From positions 1 to 49,383 of the IMG/VR virus record IMGVR_UViG_3300027533_000006: a stretch of DNA of 49,383 nucleotides. The stretch is one strand, 5' to 3'. Position 1 is the stretch's first letter. Each line of letters opens with the position of its first letter. The notes under the pieces are model-generated. The model did no database searches. It saw only the letters and a program-made list of their open reading frames with translations, and had not been told where the DNA came from. Below, piece after piece: positions 7,883 through 16,358 of this stretch. This stretch comes from a virus (Duplodnaviria; Caudoviricetes). The position numbers were made by a program, and so were the translations under genes.

Positions 7883-8798
7883 ACTCTACCTGGAGGTGGA
7901 CGAAGAGGTGATCAACCTGAACCAATCTCGGGTTCAGACCTTCCTCCGCTGTCACCGCAAGTACGGTTGGTTCTATCACGAGCACCTCCAACCTGACAGG
8001 CCGACATACGCACTCTCGTTCGGAACCGCGGTCCACGCGGCCCTAGCGGAAGTGGCCAGTGGCAAGCTGCAGCTCGACCAGGCACTTAAGCACGGGATCG
8101 AGGTGTTCCGGAAACAGATGCCGGAAGGCAAGTTCCCCGGGGACGAGGTGATCGTCAACGAACACATCGAGCTGATGGAGCGAATGCTCCCAGCGTACTA
8201 CGCTCACTACGAGCACGACCACAACCCGTGGAAGCCGATCGGTCTCGAGGTTGCAGGGCGCATCGAGATCGGGACGGACACAAACGTGTTCCTCGTGTTC
8301 CGCACGGATGAACTAGCGCTCCAGGACAAGATGCTCTGGATCGTCGACCACAAGACGGCCGCGCGTCTCGATCCCAGGGACATGCTCAAGTACGAGATGG
8401 ACCTGCAGATGACCGCCTATACGTACGCGATCACGAAGAAGCTCTCCCAGGAAGCAGGACGTGCGGTCCGAGTGGCCGGCGTGATCGTGAACGTCCTCGT
8501 GAAGACCGCGGTGCCCCAGTTCCACCGGGAGCGCTTCGTGCGGACGGATGAGGACCTGGAGGAGTTTGAGCGGGAGTTCGTCGAGATCGCCCGGGAGATT
8601 CGGTGGAGACACCGCCGAGTGAAGGAGGGCGAGGACTGGAAGCAGGTGTTCTACAAGAACACGAACGAGTGCTTCTCCTACGGAACCTGCTACTTCAGGG
8701 ACCTGTGCCTGAAGGACAACCCGATACGGCGGATGGCCTACATCAGTCGCAAGAGGGACTATGTGGACGATCCAACGATCCTGGAGAAGAAGGCGTGA
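7872..8798 (+). CDS. PD-(D/E)XK exonuclease, Cas4/AddB-like with Fe-S cysteines
   Basis: RC.RKY, FGTAVH, E...D...IVDHKT, Q..AY and C-terminal C-x5-C-x5-C. Confidence 0.88.
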   Translation: MMTELYLEVDEEVINLNQSRVQTFLRCHRKYGWFYHEHLQPDRPTYALSFGTAVHAALAEVASGKLQLDQALKHGIEVFRKQMPEGKFPGDEVIVNEHIELMERMLPAYYAHYEHDHNPWKPIGLEVAGRIEIGTDTNVFLVFRTDELALQDKMLWIVDHKTAARLDPRDMLKYEMDLQMTAYTYAITKKLSQEAGRAVRVAGVIVNVLVKTAVPQFHRERFVRTDEDLEEFEREFVEIAREIRWRHRRVKEGEDWKQVFYKNTNECFSYGTCYFRDLCLKDNPIRRMAYISRKRDYVDDPTILEKKA

Positions 8799-8809
8799 AG
8801 GACAGGATC

Positions 8810-9139
8810 ATGACCTTGGTGGGGGGTAACGTTCTCACCATCCAACTTCTCCCGGGTAACGTGCTAATCACACGTGACCCAATCATCGACACAACGCCCA
8901 GTGGCCTGATCGTCCTCCCTCCACACTACGAGGAACTGTCCACACGGGCCTACGTCCACCTCCACGAGCCAGGCGGATACTGGGAGTGGTGGGGCGGTGA
9001 ACCACCTCTCACGGGCGCCTGGGTGGTCATCGAGAAGTTAGCAGGGCGCCCATTTACACTTCACGGCCTCGATCTGTGGATCCTTCCGGAGCACAGCATT
9101 CTGGCCGTAGAGGAGGCACAGTGTTCCGAGACGAGTTGA
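8810..9139 (+). CDS. GroES/Cpn10-like co-chaperonin
   Basis: LLPGNVLITRD...TTPSGLIVLP (mobile loop) and C-terminal ILPEHSILAV; alternative start GTG 8795. Confidence 0.65.
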   Translation: MTLVGGNVLTIQLLPGNVLITRDPIIDTTPSGLIVLPPHYEELSTRAYVHLHEPGGYWEWWGGEPPLTGAWVVIEKLAGRPFTLHGLDLWILPEHSILAVEEAQCSETS

Positions 9140-9288
9140 AAGAGGAAGTGGGCAAGCTGATCGACAGCGTGGTAGCGGAGAACACCACGCTGACCGATGA
9201 CGACCTCATCGCGATCGAGAACGCCCTCGAGGATCTGGGCGAGCTCGTGGCCGAAGCGGACAAGGACGATGGGGACACCGGTAATTAA
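9121..9288 (+). CDS. Small acidic protein
   Basis: RBS GGAGG before GTG 9121. Confidence 0.65.
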   Translation: MFRDELKEEVGKLIDSVVAENTTLTDDDLIAIENALEDLGELVAEADKDDGDTGN

Positions 9289-9496
9289 GCCGGGAGAAGC
9301 CCTCACACTGTACGAGGACGGACACGAGGTAGCTCGTGTCCGTCTCCGATACAGCGACCTCGGGGTGATCCTCGAGGTGGCACAGCGTAAGCCCGGCACG
9401 CACGTCTGGATTCCGTGGACAGACATGGTCCACCTTACCACGGTCGGTGGGCGGATCAGCTTCGCGGTCACGGGGAAGAGAGGGGATATAGCGTAA
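9269..9496 (+). CDS. Hypothetical protein (75 aa)
   Basis: RBS AAGGA; its stop overlaps the next ATG. Confidence 0.6.
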   Translation: MGTPVIKPGEALTLYEDGHEVARVRLRYSDLGVILEVAQRKPGTHVWIPWTDMVHLTTVGGRISFAVTGKRGDIA

Positions 9497-10347
9497 TGCC
9501 ATTCGAACTCCTGCGCACGAGCAGTCTCAAGGCGCCAAGGGCGACGATCCTCGTGTATGCACCTCCGCGCTGGGGGAAGACACATCTTGCACGGACGTGT
9601 CCCAAACCTCTGGTGATAAGTACGGAGGCAGGAAGCACCGGCGGCCTGATGACACTGTCAGACCTCGACCTACCGGCCGTGAGGGTGAGGAGCTGGGACG
9701 AGATGGTCCAGTTGATTGCCACGCTCCGTAAGACACCTGGCCGCGTGGAGCTGGACGGTGAGATCTTCGAGACGGTGTTCATCGACAGCCTCGGACCCGG
9801 ATGTGGCGAGCTGTGGATGCAGGCCGGAATGAAGATCATGGGCTGGAAGGACGTCTGGGGGGTGGAGAAAGGGAAGGATCCCAGGCGGGTCTACAGCTAC
9901 ATCAGTGAGAAGGGACAACAGGCTATGAAGTTGTTCCTGTCGCTGGACGCACACCTCGTGATGACCTCACGAGTGACCATCCTCGAGGAGTCGGTGGGCT
10001 TCGACGACAAGGGGAACGAGATCAAGGTACAGTACGAGGTGCCCGACCTCCCAGGCCAGCAACTGCCGAAGAAGCTGACAGGGGAGACGGACGCCACGCT
10101 CTACGGAGAGTTCCGGGGCGCGACACGCGTCTTCCGGACGAAGAACCAGGGGAAGCGGGTAAGCGGCATAAGGGCTCCAGGAGGAACGCCGATCCCGGAT
10201 CCGATCCTGGCGAACATCACAGACGTGATCGCCCTGATGATGGGCGACATGACGGCTGTGAAGCGACTTGAGGTCCCTAAACCGGGGACCTCTGGAAGGG
10301 CCACAACGGCCACAACGACCACGACACGTGGTCAAGGAGAAGCGTAA
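9496..10347 (+). CDS. Sak4-like/AAA_24 ATPase (ssDNA annealing recombinase)
   Basis: YAPPRWGKT Walker A and VFIDS Walker B; lies between the exonuclease and the DUF669 SSB. Confidence 0.85.
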   Translation: MPFELLRTSSLKAPRATILVYAPPRWGKTHLARTCPKPLVISTEAGSTGGLMTLSDLDLPAVRVRSWDEMVQLIATLRKTPGRVELDGEIFETVFIDSLGPGCGELWMQAGMKIMGWKDVWGVEKGKDPRRVYSYISEKGQQAMKLFLSLDAHLVMTSRVTILEESVGFDDKGNEIKVQYEVPDLPGQQLPKKLTGETDATLYGEFRGATRVFRTKNQGKRVSGIRAPGGTPIPDPILANITDVIALMMGDMTAVKRLEVPKPGTSGRATTATTTTTRGQGEA

Positions 10348-10745
10348 TGGCACAACTGCCTGGCGGACCCGTCCGCACCGGAGACCTCGCGTCCAGCCTC
10401 ATGCCGGACGCCGTTTACACCTTCCGCATCGACCGCGCCGAGATCAAGAAGGCGCAGGGAGAGGGGAAGGAACCCTACATCAACCTCATGCTCAAGTGCG
10501 TCGACGAGGGCGAGTGGCTCGGTCGCGCGGTGTGGGACATCCTCACGCTGGCCAAGGGCAAGACCTTCAAGCTCGACCAGCTCCTGAAGGACGCCCTCGG
10601 ATGGGGCGAGGACGACACGCTGGACGACACCGACCAGCTCCTCCAGCTCGAGGTCTGCGCTGCCATCACGACGGAGAAGGGCCAAGCGGGCTACAGCGAT
10701 CGTAACAAGGTCGTGAAGTACCTCCCCACGGACATCGCCCGCTAA
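10347..10745 (+). CDS. DUF669-like ssDNA-binding protein
   Basis: MPDAVYTFRI...GEWLGRAVWD...N.V..Y pattern; typical Sak4 partner. Confidence 0.8.
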   Translation: MAQLPGGPVRTGDLASSLMPDAVYTFRIDRAEIKKAQGEGKEPYINLMLKCVDEGEWLGRAVWDILTLAKGKTFKLDQLLKDALGWGEDDTLDDTDQLLQLEVCAAITTEKGQAGYSDRNKVVKYLPTDIAR

Positions 10746-10814
10746 CGGCGTAGAACAACAATACCCCCCACCAACTCAGACTTGGTGGGGGGTAACGTGA
10801 CCAAGAGATCACAC

Positions 10815-11060
10815 ATGGACAAAGAGTATCGACGAGTCTGGTGCCGTATCATGAGACACCAAACTCCCATTTCCCGTTGGAGTAGACAGAATGACCGACA
10901 TACTACAGGACGTAGACCGCTTCCTCCGGATCGCGCAGACGGACGAGCTCCGCATCCTCCGCGACATGACGGAGAAGGAGCTGTCCCGTCGGAACGAGGC
11001 ACCTGCTTTCTCGAATGCCCAGACTGTCTCCGGAGGAGCGCAGGCTGGAGCGTACCGTGA
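10815..11060 (+). CDS. Possible small Zn-binding protein overlapping the next gene
   Basis: WC.IMRH...FLECPDC.R.S.GW motif; overlaps 10891-11577 in another frame. Confidence 0.35.
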   Translation: MDKEYRRVWCRIMRHQTPISRWSRQNDRHTTGRRPLPPDRADGRAPHPPRHDGEGAVPSERGTCFLECPDCLRRSAGWSVP

Positions 11061-11577
11061 GGAGGCCCGGGAGAACATGAAATCGGTGTCGATGCACACC
11101 TTCGCCACAGGGGCCAAGCGCAGCGAGCGGATGCCCAGATACGACCTCGTCGTCCACGACCTCATCCGCCGGATCGCGGAGCGGGCTACAGGAGAGGAGA
11201 CTCCAAACGGTCCAAGTGGCGGAGCACTCAAGTACGGTGAGGGCAACTGGGAGCGCGGGCTCCCGACCAGTGATGTGTTCAACCACATCATCCACCACCT
11301 CGGACGTCTCCAGGAAGAGTTCCGGGACGGTCTCTCCATTGCGTCCCGTTACGATGGCCAGGAACCGTGGCCGTTACGGATGGACGCCATCCGTAACCGC
11401 ATCAACGCTTTCCTCGCGGAGGACGATCACATTGGGGCTGTGGGATGGGGACTCATGGTCCTGTGTCATCAGCTCAAGACAGGCTTCTACCACGACACGA
11501 AGTTTGAGCAGGATACGGAAGTGCCACCTGTCCCTGTGGAGACAACGTTACCCCCCACCAAATCGAGGAAGCGATGA
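10891..11577 (+). CDS. dATP/dGTP diphosphohydrolase domain protein (DUF5664-like); alternative start ATG 11077
   Basis: F.TGAKRS...PRYDL...GALKYGEGNWERG...H...H...EDDH motif; directly coupled to queD. Confidence 0.8.
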   Translation: MTDILQDVDRFLRIAQTDELRILRDMTEKELSRRNEAPAFSNAQTVSGGAQAGAYREEARENMKSVSMHTFATGAKRSERMPRYDLVVHDLIRRIAERATGEETPNGPSGGALKYGEGNWERGLPTSDVFNHIIHHLGRLQEEFRDGLSIASRYDGQEPWPLRMDAIRNRINAFLAEDDHIGAVGWGLMVLCHQLKTGFYHDTKFEQDTEVPPVPVETTLPPTKSRKR

Positions 11578-12002
11578 ACTGTACCGCCCGAGTGACCATA
11601 GCAATGGGACACAGGCTTCTGGGGCACGACGGTCTATGCGCAAACATCCATGGCCACAATTACGTGTTCGAAGTGACCGTGATGGGTAACCCTGACGCAG
11701 TGGGCCTTGTGACAGACTTCTCGATCCTGAAGAAGGACATGCGGAAGCTCCTGGACCAACTCGACCACACGATGCTCCTGATTAAGGGGGACCCGGCCCA
11801 GGCGTACTTCGAGTCGACGGACAACCGCTTCATGCTCCTCACCCGAAATCCGAGTGCGGAGCACATCGCCTCGCTCATGTTCAACCACATGCAGGACCTC
11901 GCGTACAGCGTGAAGGAGGTCAGGGTGTTAGAGTCGGATGGTGGATGGGCCACCACCGACCGTGTTAACCGGGAAGTGCACCTGATAAAGGGGCGTGTAT
12001 GA
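11574..12002 (+). CDS. queD: 6-carboxy-5,6,7,8-tetrahydropterin synthase
   Basis: GHRL...C.NIHGHNY, LDH, NPSAE motifs. Confidence 0.95.
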   Translation: MNCTARVTIAMGHRLLGHDGLCANIHGHNYVFEVTVMGNPDAVGLVTDFSILKKDMRKLLDQLDHTMLLIKGDPAQAYFESTDNRFMLLTRNPSAEHIASLMFNHMQDLAYSVKEVRVLESDGGWATTDRVNREVHLIKGRV

Positions 12003-12631
12003 ACTACCCACTCGCCGAGAAGTTCAAGTCCATCCAGGGAGAAGGCATCTTCACAGGCACCCCGATGGCATTCGTCCGCATGGTCGGCTGCTCCGTGGGC
12101 CAGGGTGTATGTACTGCCTGCGACACGGACTTTGACCGGATGTACCCACAGCTTGGTGGGGGGTTGCACACTCCCCTCCAAATCGCTGAATGGGCAGAGC
12201 CCTACCACATCCTCTGCATTACGGGTGGGGAACCACTGGACCGCAACCTCTGCCTGCTCGTGGACGTGGTCCACAAGTTCGGAATGAAGGTCCACGTGGA
12301 GACCAGTGGCACCGTGGAGTACGATCCCGCAAGACACGGCTCCATCGACTGGATCACCGTGTCGCCCAAGCCGGGCTTCCTCCCCACAATGATCGAGCAG
12401 GCCTGTGAGCTCAAGGTGATCCTCGGGGGCCTGGGAGACACTACGGAAGGTTGGCCTACAGTGGAGCAAGCGAGACGCTGGGCCAAGGAGAAGGAGTTGG
12501 TCTACCTGCAGCCTCGGAACAAGAAGAACGTGATCGACGACATCGAGATGCAGAACGCAGAGGATGTCGTGCTCCACTACCCGGAGCTGAGGCTCAGCAC
12601 CCAGTTCCACAAGTTCATCAACGTGCGATGA
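11999..12631 (+). CDS. queE: 7-carboxy-7-deazaguanine synthase (radical SAM)
   Basis: F.SIQGEG, C-x6-C-x2-CDTD, ITGGEP, VETSG, VSPK, YLQP, QFHK. Confidence 0.95.
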   Translation: MNYPLAEKFKSIQGEGIFTGTPMAFVRMVGCSVGQGVCTACDTDFDRMYPQLGGGLHTPLQIAEWAEPYHILCITGGEPLDRNLCLLVDVVHKFGMKVHVETSGTVEYDPARHGSIDWITVSPKPGFLPTMIEQACELKVILGGLGDTTEGWPTVEQARRWAKEKELVYLQPRNKKNVIDDIEMQNAEDVVLHYPELRLSTQFHKFINVR

Positions 12632-13215
12632 CCAAGACAACGTTACCCCCCACCAAGCGGTTCGACGACCGCAAGATGCAACAAGGGGTCAAACTCCTCC
12701 TGGAGGGAATGGGAGTAGATCTGAGTGATCGTAATTACAAGGACACACCTGCCCGCGTCGCACGTATGTACAGGGAACTGTTTACTCCCCGTCACAACAG
12801 CTTCGCCACCTTCCCTGAACAACACGACTCCATGGTCATCCTCCGGGGTCACGTGGTGCACGGAGTCTGCCCACACCATCTCGTTCCAGTGGAGATGCGT
12901 GTGTACGTCGGTTACATTCCGCATAAAGAGGTCCTCGGTCTCAGCAAGCTGGCTCGAGTCGCTGAACAACCTCTCACAGGACCCATTATGCAGGAAACTT
13001 ACACAGACGCGGTGGTCGATCTCCTGCAACACGCCACAGACGCGAAAGGCGCTGGAGTCGTTGTTGTGGGGCGCCATGGTTGCATGCGCCACAGGGGAGT
13101 TCGCTCCGACGCAGACGTTGTCTCCTCTGCCATGAGGGGTCTCTTCATGACCAATCACCCCACCCGAGACGAGTTCCTCCGGATGATCGGCTACCCACGA
13201 GTGGAGGCAAGATGA
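12628..13215 (+). CDS. folE: GTP cyclohydrolase I
   Basis: TPARVAR, CPHHL.P, GLSKLAR, QE, H.CM..RG; ATG 12628 overlaps the queE stop. Confidence 0.95.
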   Translation: MTKTTLPPTKRFDDRKMQQGVKLLLEGMGVDLSDRNYKDTPARVARMYRELFTPRHNSFATFPEQHDSMVILRGHVVHGVCPHHLVPVEMRVYVGYIPHKEVLGLSKLARVAEQPLTGPIMQETYTDAVVDLLQHATDAKGAGVVVVGRHGCMRHRGVRSDADVVSSAMRGLFMTNHPTRDEFLRMIGYPRVEAR

Positions 13216-13370
13216 CAGAACAAGAGATGGTCGGTCTCATTCAAGACCTGATCGAGCACCTCGAGTATTGCGGATGGGGAGACAGGTGGGAACGTGACGT
13301 ATCAGAGGAGCTACGTATCCGGGCCACGGCGTTTCTAGAACGTTACCCCCCACCAAAGGAGGCGTCGTGA
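13212..13370 (+). CDS. Small hypothetical protein (52 aa)
   Basis: RBS GGAGG; ATGA overlap. Confidence 0.65.
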   Translation: MTEQEMVGLIQDLIEHLEYCGWGDRWERDVSEELRIRATAFLERYPPPKEAS

Positions 13371-13654
13371 AGCAAACACACAAGGGGAAACGATACCCCC
13401 CATCAACGCATGACGAGCGCTACCAGGTCCGGAACGAATACATCGAGCGGGCACTGCGTACCCTGGCCACCTTGATCGACGAGGAGGTCCCGGAAGGGTG
13501 GGGATGGGGCCTGTTCCTCGTCCCGTTCGGAGAGCACGAAGCTGCCCCGAAGGGAGAGGGAGCCGTGTTCTGGATCTCCAACTCTGAGCGTGACGGGATG
13601 ATGGACTCCGTCCAGGGTTGGATAGACGATAACAAGAGACGGAGGAAGATGTGA
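13367..13654 (+). CDS. Hypothetical protein (95 aa)
   Basis: RBS AGGAGG; GW.L...F...WISN.ER pattern. Confidence 0.75.
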   Translation: MKQTHKGKRYPPSTHDERYQVRNEYIERALRTLATLIDEEVPEGWGWGLFLVPFGEHEAAPKGEGAVFWISNSERDGMMDSVQGWIDDNKRRRKM

Positions 13655-16128
13655 AGTGTCAAAACTCCGTCTGCAAGTCCGGCCCGGATGGCAAATCCGC
13701 AACCTCGGATTTGCACCCGAACACTGGGTTGTGCCCAGTGTGCCAGAAGCGCTTGATCACGGGACCCAAGCCTGACGACTGTATGGCGTGCCCCCTCTAC
13801 GAGATTGGTGAGGGGTACGCCTATGGTGTCGGACCCACGGATGCCGATATGATGTTCATCGGCGAAGCACTCGGCGAGGAGGAGGCCCGTAGGGGCCTCC
13901 CCTTCGTCGGTGGCTCTGGCCGGGTGCTCACTGCGCTGATGGGCCAAGCGGACATCCGCCGTGACGAGGTCTACATAACCAATGCCGTGAAATGTCGGCC
14001 ACCCAAGAACAGGAAGCCAGACGATGAAGAAATCCGATGGTGTGCCCGCTACCTCGTCAACGAGCTCAAACTCGTCAACCCCAAACTCCTCGTCCCTCTC
14101 GGAGCGACTGCGCTCTACGTCACTACAGGAAAGACAGAGATCGGTAGCTATCGCGGGATACCTATTGAGGGCGCTGGAGGAAGGAAGGTTCTCCCCACGT
14201 TTCACCCCGCGTTCGTCATGCGTACACAAACGTTCTGGCCGGTCGTCGTCTGGGACCTCGTCAAAGCGAAGCGGGAATCGCGGTTCCGGGAAGTCCGTCG
14301 CATCGACGTGGAGTATTCCATCCTCCCTGATGCTGAGGATCACGCAGATGCTGTTAGAAGAGAAGCCGAACTCACCGGCTTCGTCTCGATCGACGCCGAG
14401 ACAACGAGCCTCGACGTCCATGAAGCTCACATCAAATGCTACGGCGTCGGGTCGGCCGCAGGTCGTGCTAGGGTTTTCCGCTGGACCCCTCAAGCTCAGC
14501 GCCTACTCTACGGGCTCCTCTCAGATCCTACGATTGTTAAGGTCGGACAAAACTCCGAATCCTACGACTGGCCCCTCTTCGAAGACAAACGGCCAGGTTG
14601 GCGAGTAGCGGGGAACACCTGTGACACGATGCTCATGTTCCACCTTACAAACTCCGACCTTCCGAAGTCGCTGGACAACATCAAGACCTTCTACACGGAC
14701 ATGGAGCACTGGAAAGATGACTCTATGTACAAGGGTGATGAGGTTGGACTGGCCACTGGCTGCGCTAAGGACGTGGACGCGACCACACGTGCTTACCTGG
14801 GCCTTCGCGCTGAGATCCACAACATGGGGATGGATGACCTCCTATACAAGAACGTGATGCCCCTGCAACCCATCCTCCGTCGCATGGCCGACCGTGGAAT
14901 TCGGAAGGACACGGACAAAGCGGAACTCTGGGCACATGGAATGACCGCGGCCGCAGGCCGCTACGAACAGATGCTCCGGGATGCAGTGGGTCAGCCTAAC
15001 CTCAACGTGCAGAGCCCCAGGGAGTTGATGAAGCTCCTGTACGACACCATGGGCCTTCCCGTTCAACACGTGAAGGACCAGAAGGGCGGGATGCGTGCTA
15101 CGGCGAACGCGGCGGCGGTGGAAGCGCTGGTCGAGAAGTTCCCGGAGAACAAGATCCTGGGCCTGATCAACGAGATCCGAAGCGCTCACCACACCGTCAG
15201 CACGAATCTAGAGGTAAAGACCGATGAGCAGGGCTTCGTCCACCCACGTTTCGGGTGTGCTAAAGCGGCAACTGGGCGTATCAATTCGTGGGATCCGAAC
15301 GCCCAGAACATTCCGAAGAAGCTCCGGGAGATCTACATCCCGGACGATCCAGATCACGTTTTCATCAGCGTGGACTGGAGCCAGGTCGAGTGGCGAATTG
15401 CAATGGCACTCTCTGGCGATCCTTACGGTCTCGGACTTCTGGCGGCTGGTCAGGACATTCACGAGGTTACGGCCGCAGAGGGTTTCGGTCTACCTCTTTC
15501 TCGAGTCCGAGACCTCGTTCCCGGTAAGCAGTACAATTACCGTTACGCCACGAAGTTCATCGTGTACGGCCTCGGCTACGGACGGGGAGCACAGTCAATC
15601 GCTCAGCAGCTCGGGACAACCAAGTCGTGGGTCGAGTCCTTCCTGCTCCGCTTCTTCAACAAGTACCACGTGTACGAACGGTGGCGCAAGTCCCTCGAGG
15701 AACAGGTCGAGCGACAGCACTTCCTCGCTAACCCGTTCGGCCGACGGAGGTGGTGGTACACCAGGCAAGTGACGGAGATGTACAACTTCCCTCCGCAGAG
15801 CACGGGAGCGGACATGATGTACGTCGCCATACGGGAAGCGGACGAGCAGCTCCCACACGGAGCGAGTGTAAGGCTTACCGTGCACGACGAGCTCGTGGTT
15901 GTGAGCCACAGGGATGTAGTGAAGGAGGCCACGGAATGTCTCACAAGTGTGATGCAACGCTCATGGCCGGAAATCGTGGGCGCCTCACGCGATCCAGCTA
16001 CAGTGCGCAAGTTCTATCCTCACGGATGGCGCGTGCCCGCAGAGCCCAGCTACGGGCCGAGGAATTGGATGGAGACGAAGCTGGAAGGGGAAGCACAGAT
16101 GAAGTTCAGGAAGGAGCTCGGACTATGA
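13651..16128 (+). CDS. polA: Family A DNA polymerase with N-terminal family-4 uracil-DNA glycosylase domain and 3'-5' exonuclease
   Basis: UDG4: C..CPL, GEALG.EE, PFVG.SG, N.VKCRPP.NR.P, FHPA. Exo: DAET. Pol: DWSQVEWR, R...K...YG..YG, VHDE. Confidence 0.95.
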   Translation: MKCQNSVCKSGPDGKSATSDLHPNTGLCPVCQKRLITGPKPDDCMACPLYEIGEGYAYGVGPTDADMMFIGEALGEEEARRGLPFVGGSGRVLTALMGQADIRRDEVYITNAVKCRPPKNRKPDDEEIRWCARYLVNELKLVNPKLLVPLGATALYVTTGKTEIGSYRGIPIEGAGGRKVLPTFHPAFVMRTQTFWPVVVWDLVKAKRESRFREVRRIDVEYSILPDAEDHADAVRREAELTGFVSIDAETTSLDVHEAHIKCYGVGSAAGRARVFRWTPQAQRLLYGLLSDPTIVKVGQNSESYDWPLFEDKRPGWRVAGNTCDTMLMFHLTNSDLPKSLDNIKTFYTDMEHWKDDSMYKGDEVGLATGCAKDVDATTRAYLGLRAEIHNMGMDDLLYKNVMPLQPILRRMADRGIRKDTDKAELWAHGMTAAAGRYEQMLRDAVGQPNLNVQSPRELMKLLYDTMGLPVQHVKDQKGGMRATANAAAVEALVEKFPENKILGLINEIRSAHHTVSTNLEVKTDEQGFVHPRFGCAKAATGRINSWDPNAQNIPKKLREIYIPDDPDHVFISVDWSQVEWRIAMALSGDPYGLGLLAAGQDIHEVTAAEGFGLPLSRVRDLVPGKQYNYRYATKFIVYGLGYGRGAQSIAQQLGTTKSWVESFLLRFFNKYHVYERWRKSLEEQVERQHFLANPFGRRRWWYTRQVTEMYNFPPQSTGADMMYVAIREADEQLPHGASVRLTVHDELVVVSHRDVVKEATECLTSVMQRSWPEIVGASRDPATVRKFYPHGWRVPAEPSYGPRNWMETKLEGEAQMKFRKELGL

Positions 16129-16358
16129 AAATTGGAGACATCGAGAGGGACAGCCACACCTCGTGCTACACATGTGGCTGCGGCTGCTTCACCAAGGTGT
16201 ACAACGTGAACATGCAAGGACGGGGAGAGGAGACACTGCACCCAGCGTACCAGTGCGTCCGCTGTGGCAGCGTGCTCGCGTTCCTCCTGGACAAGAATCG
16301 GCATCGGGAGGTTGTGGGCAGCATCTGTGTCGAAGTGAAGATGGAGGTCGCGAAGTGA
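16125..16358 (+). CDS. Zn-ribbon protein (77 aa)
   Basis: CYTC and CVRC; RBS AAGGAG; ATGA overlap with the polA stop. Confidence 0.7.
   Translation: MKIGDIERDSHTSCYTCGCGCFTKVYNVNMQGRGEETLHPAYQCVRCGSVLAFLLDKNRHREVVGSICVEVKMEVAK

Noticed and set aside
10891-11577. Z-genome (2-aminoadenine) system suggested by DUF5664
   Set aside because: No PurZ/adenylosuccinate synthetase-like or DatZ-like ORF is visible; the context is 7-deazaguanine.
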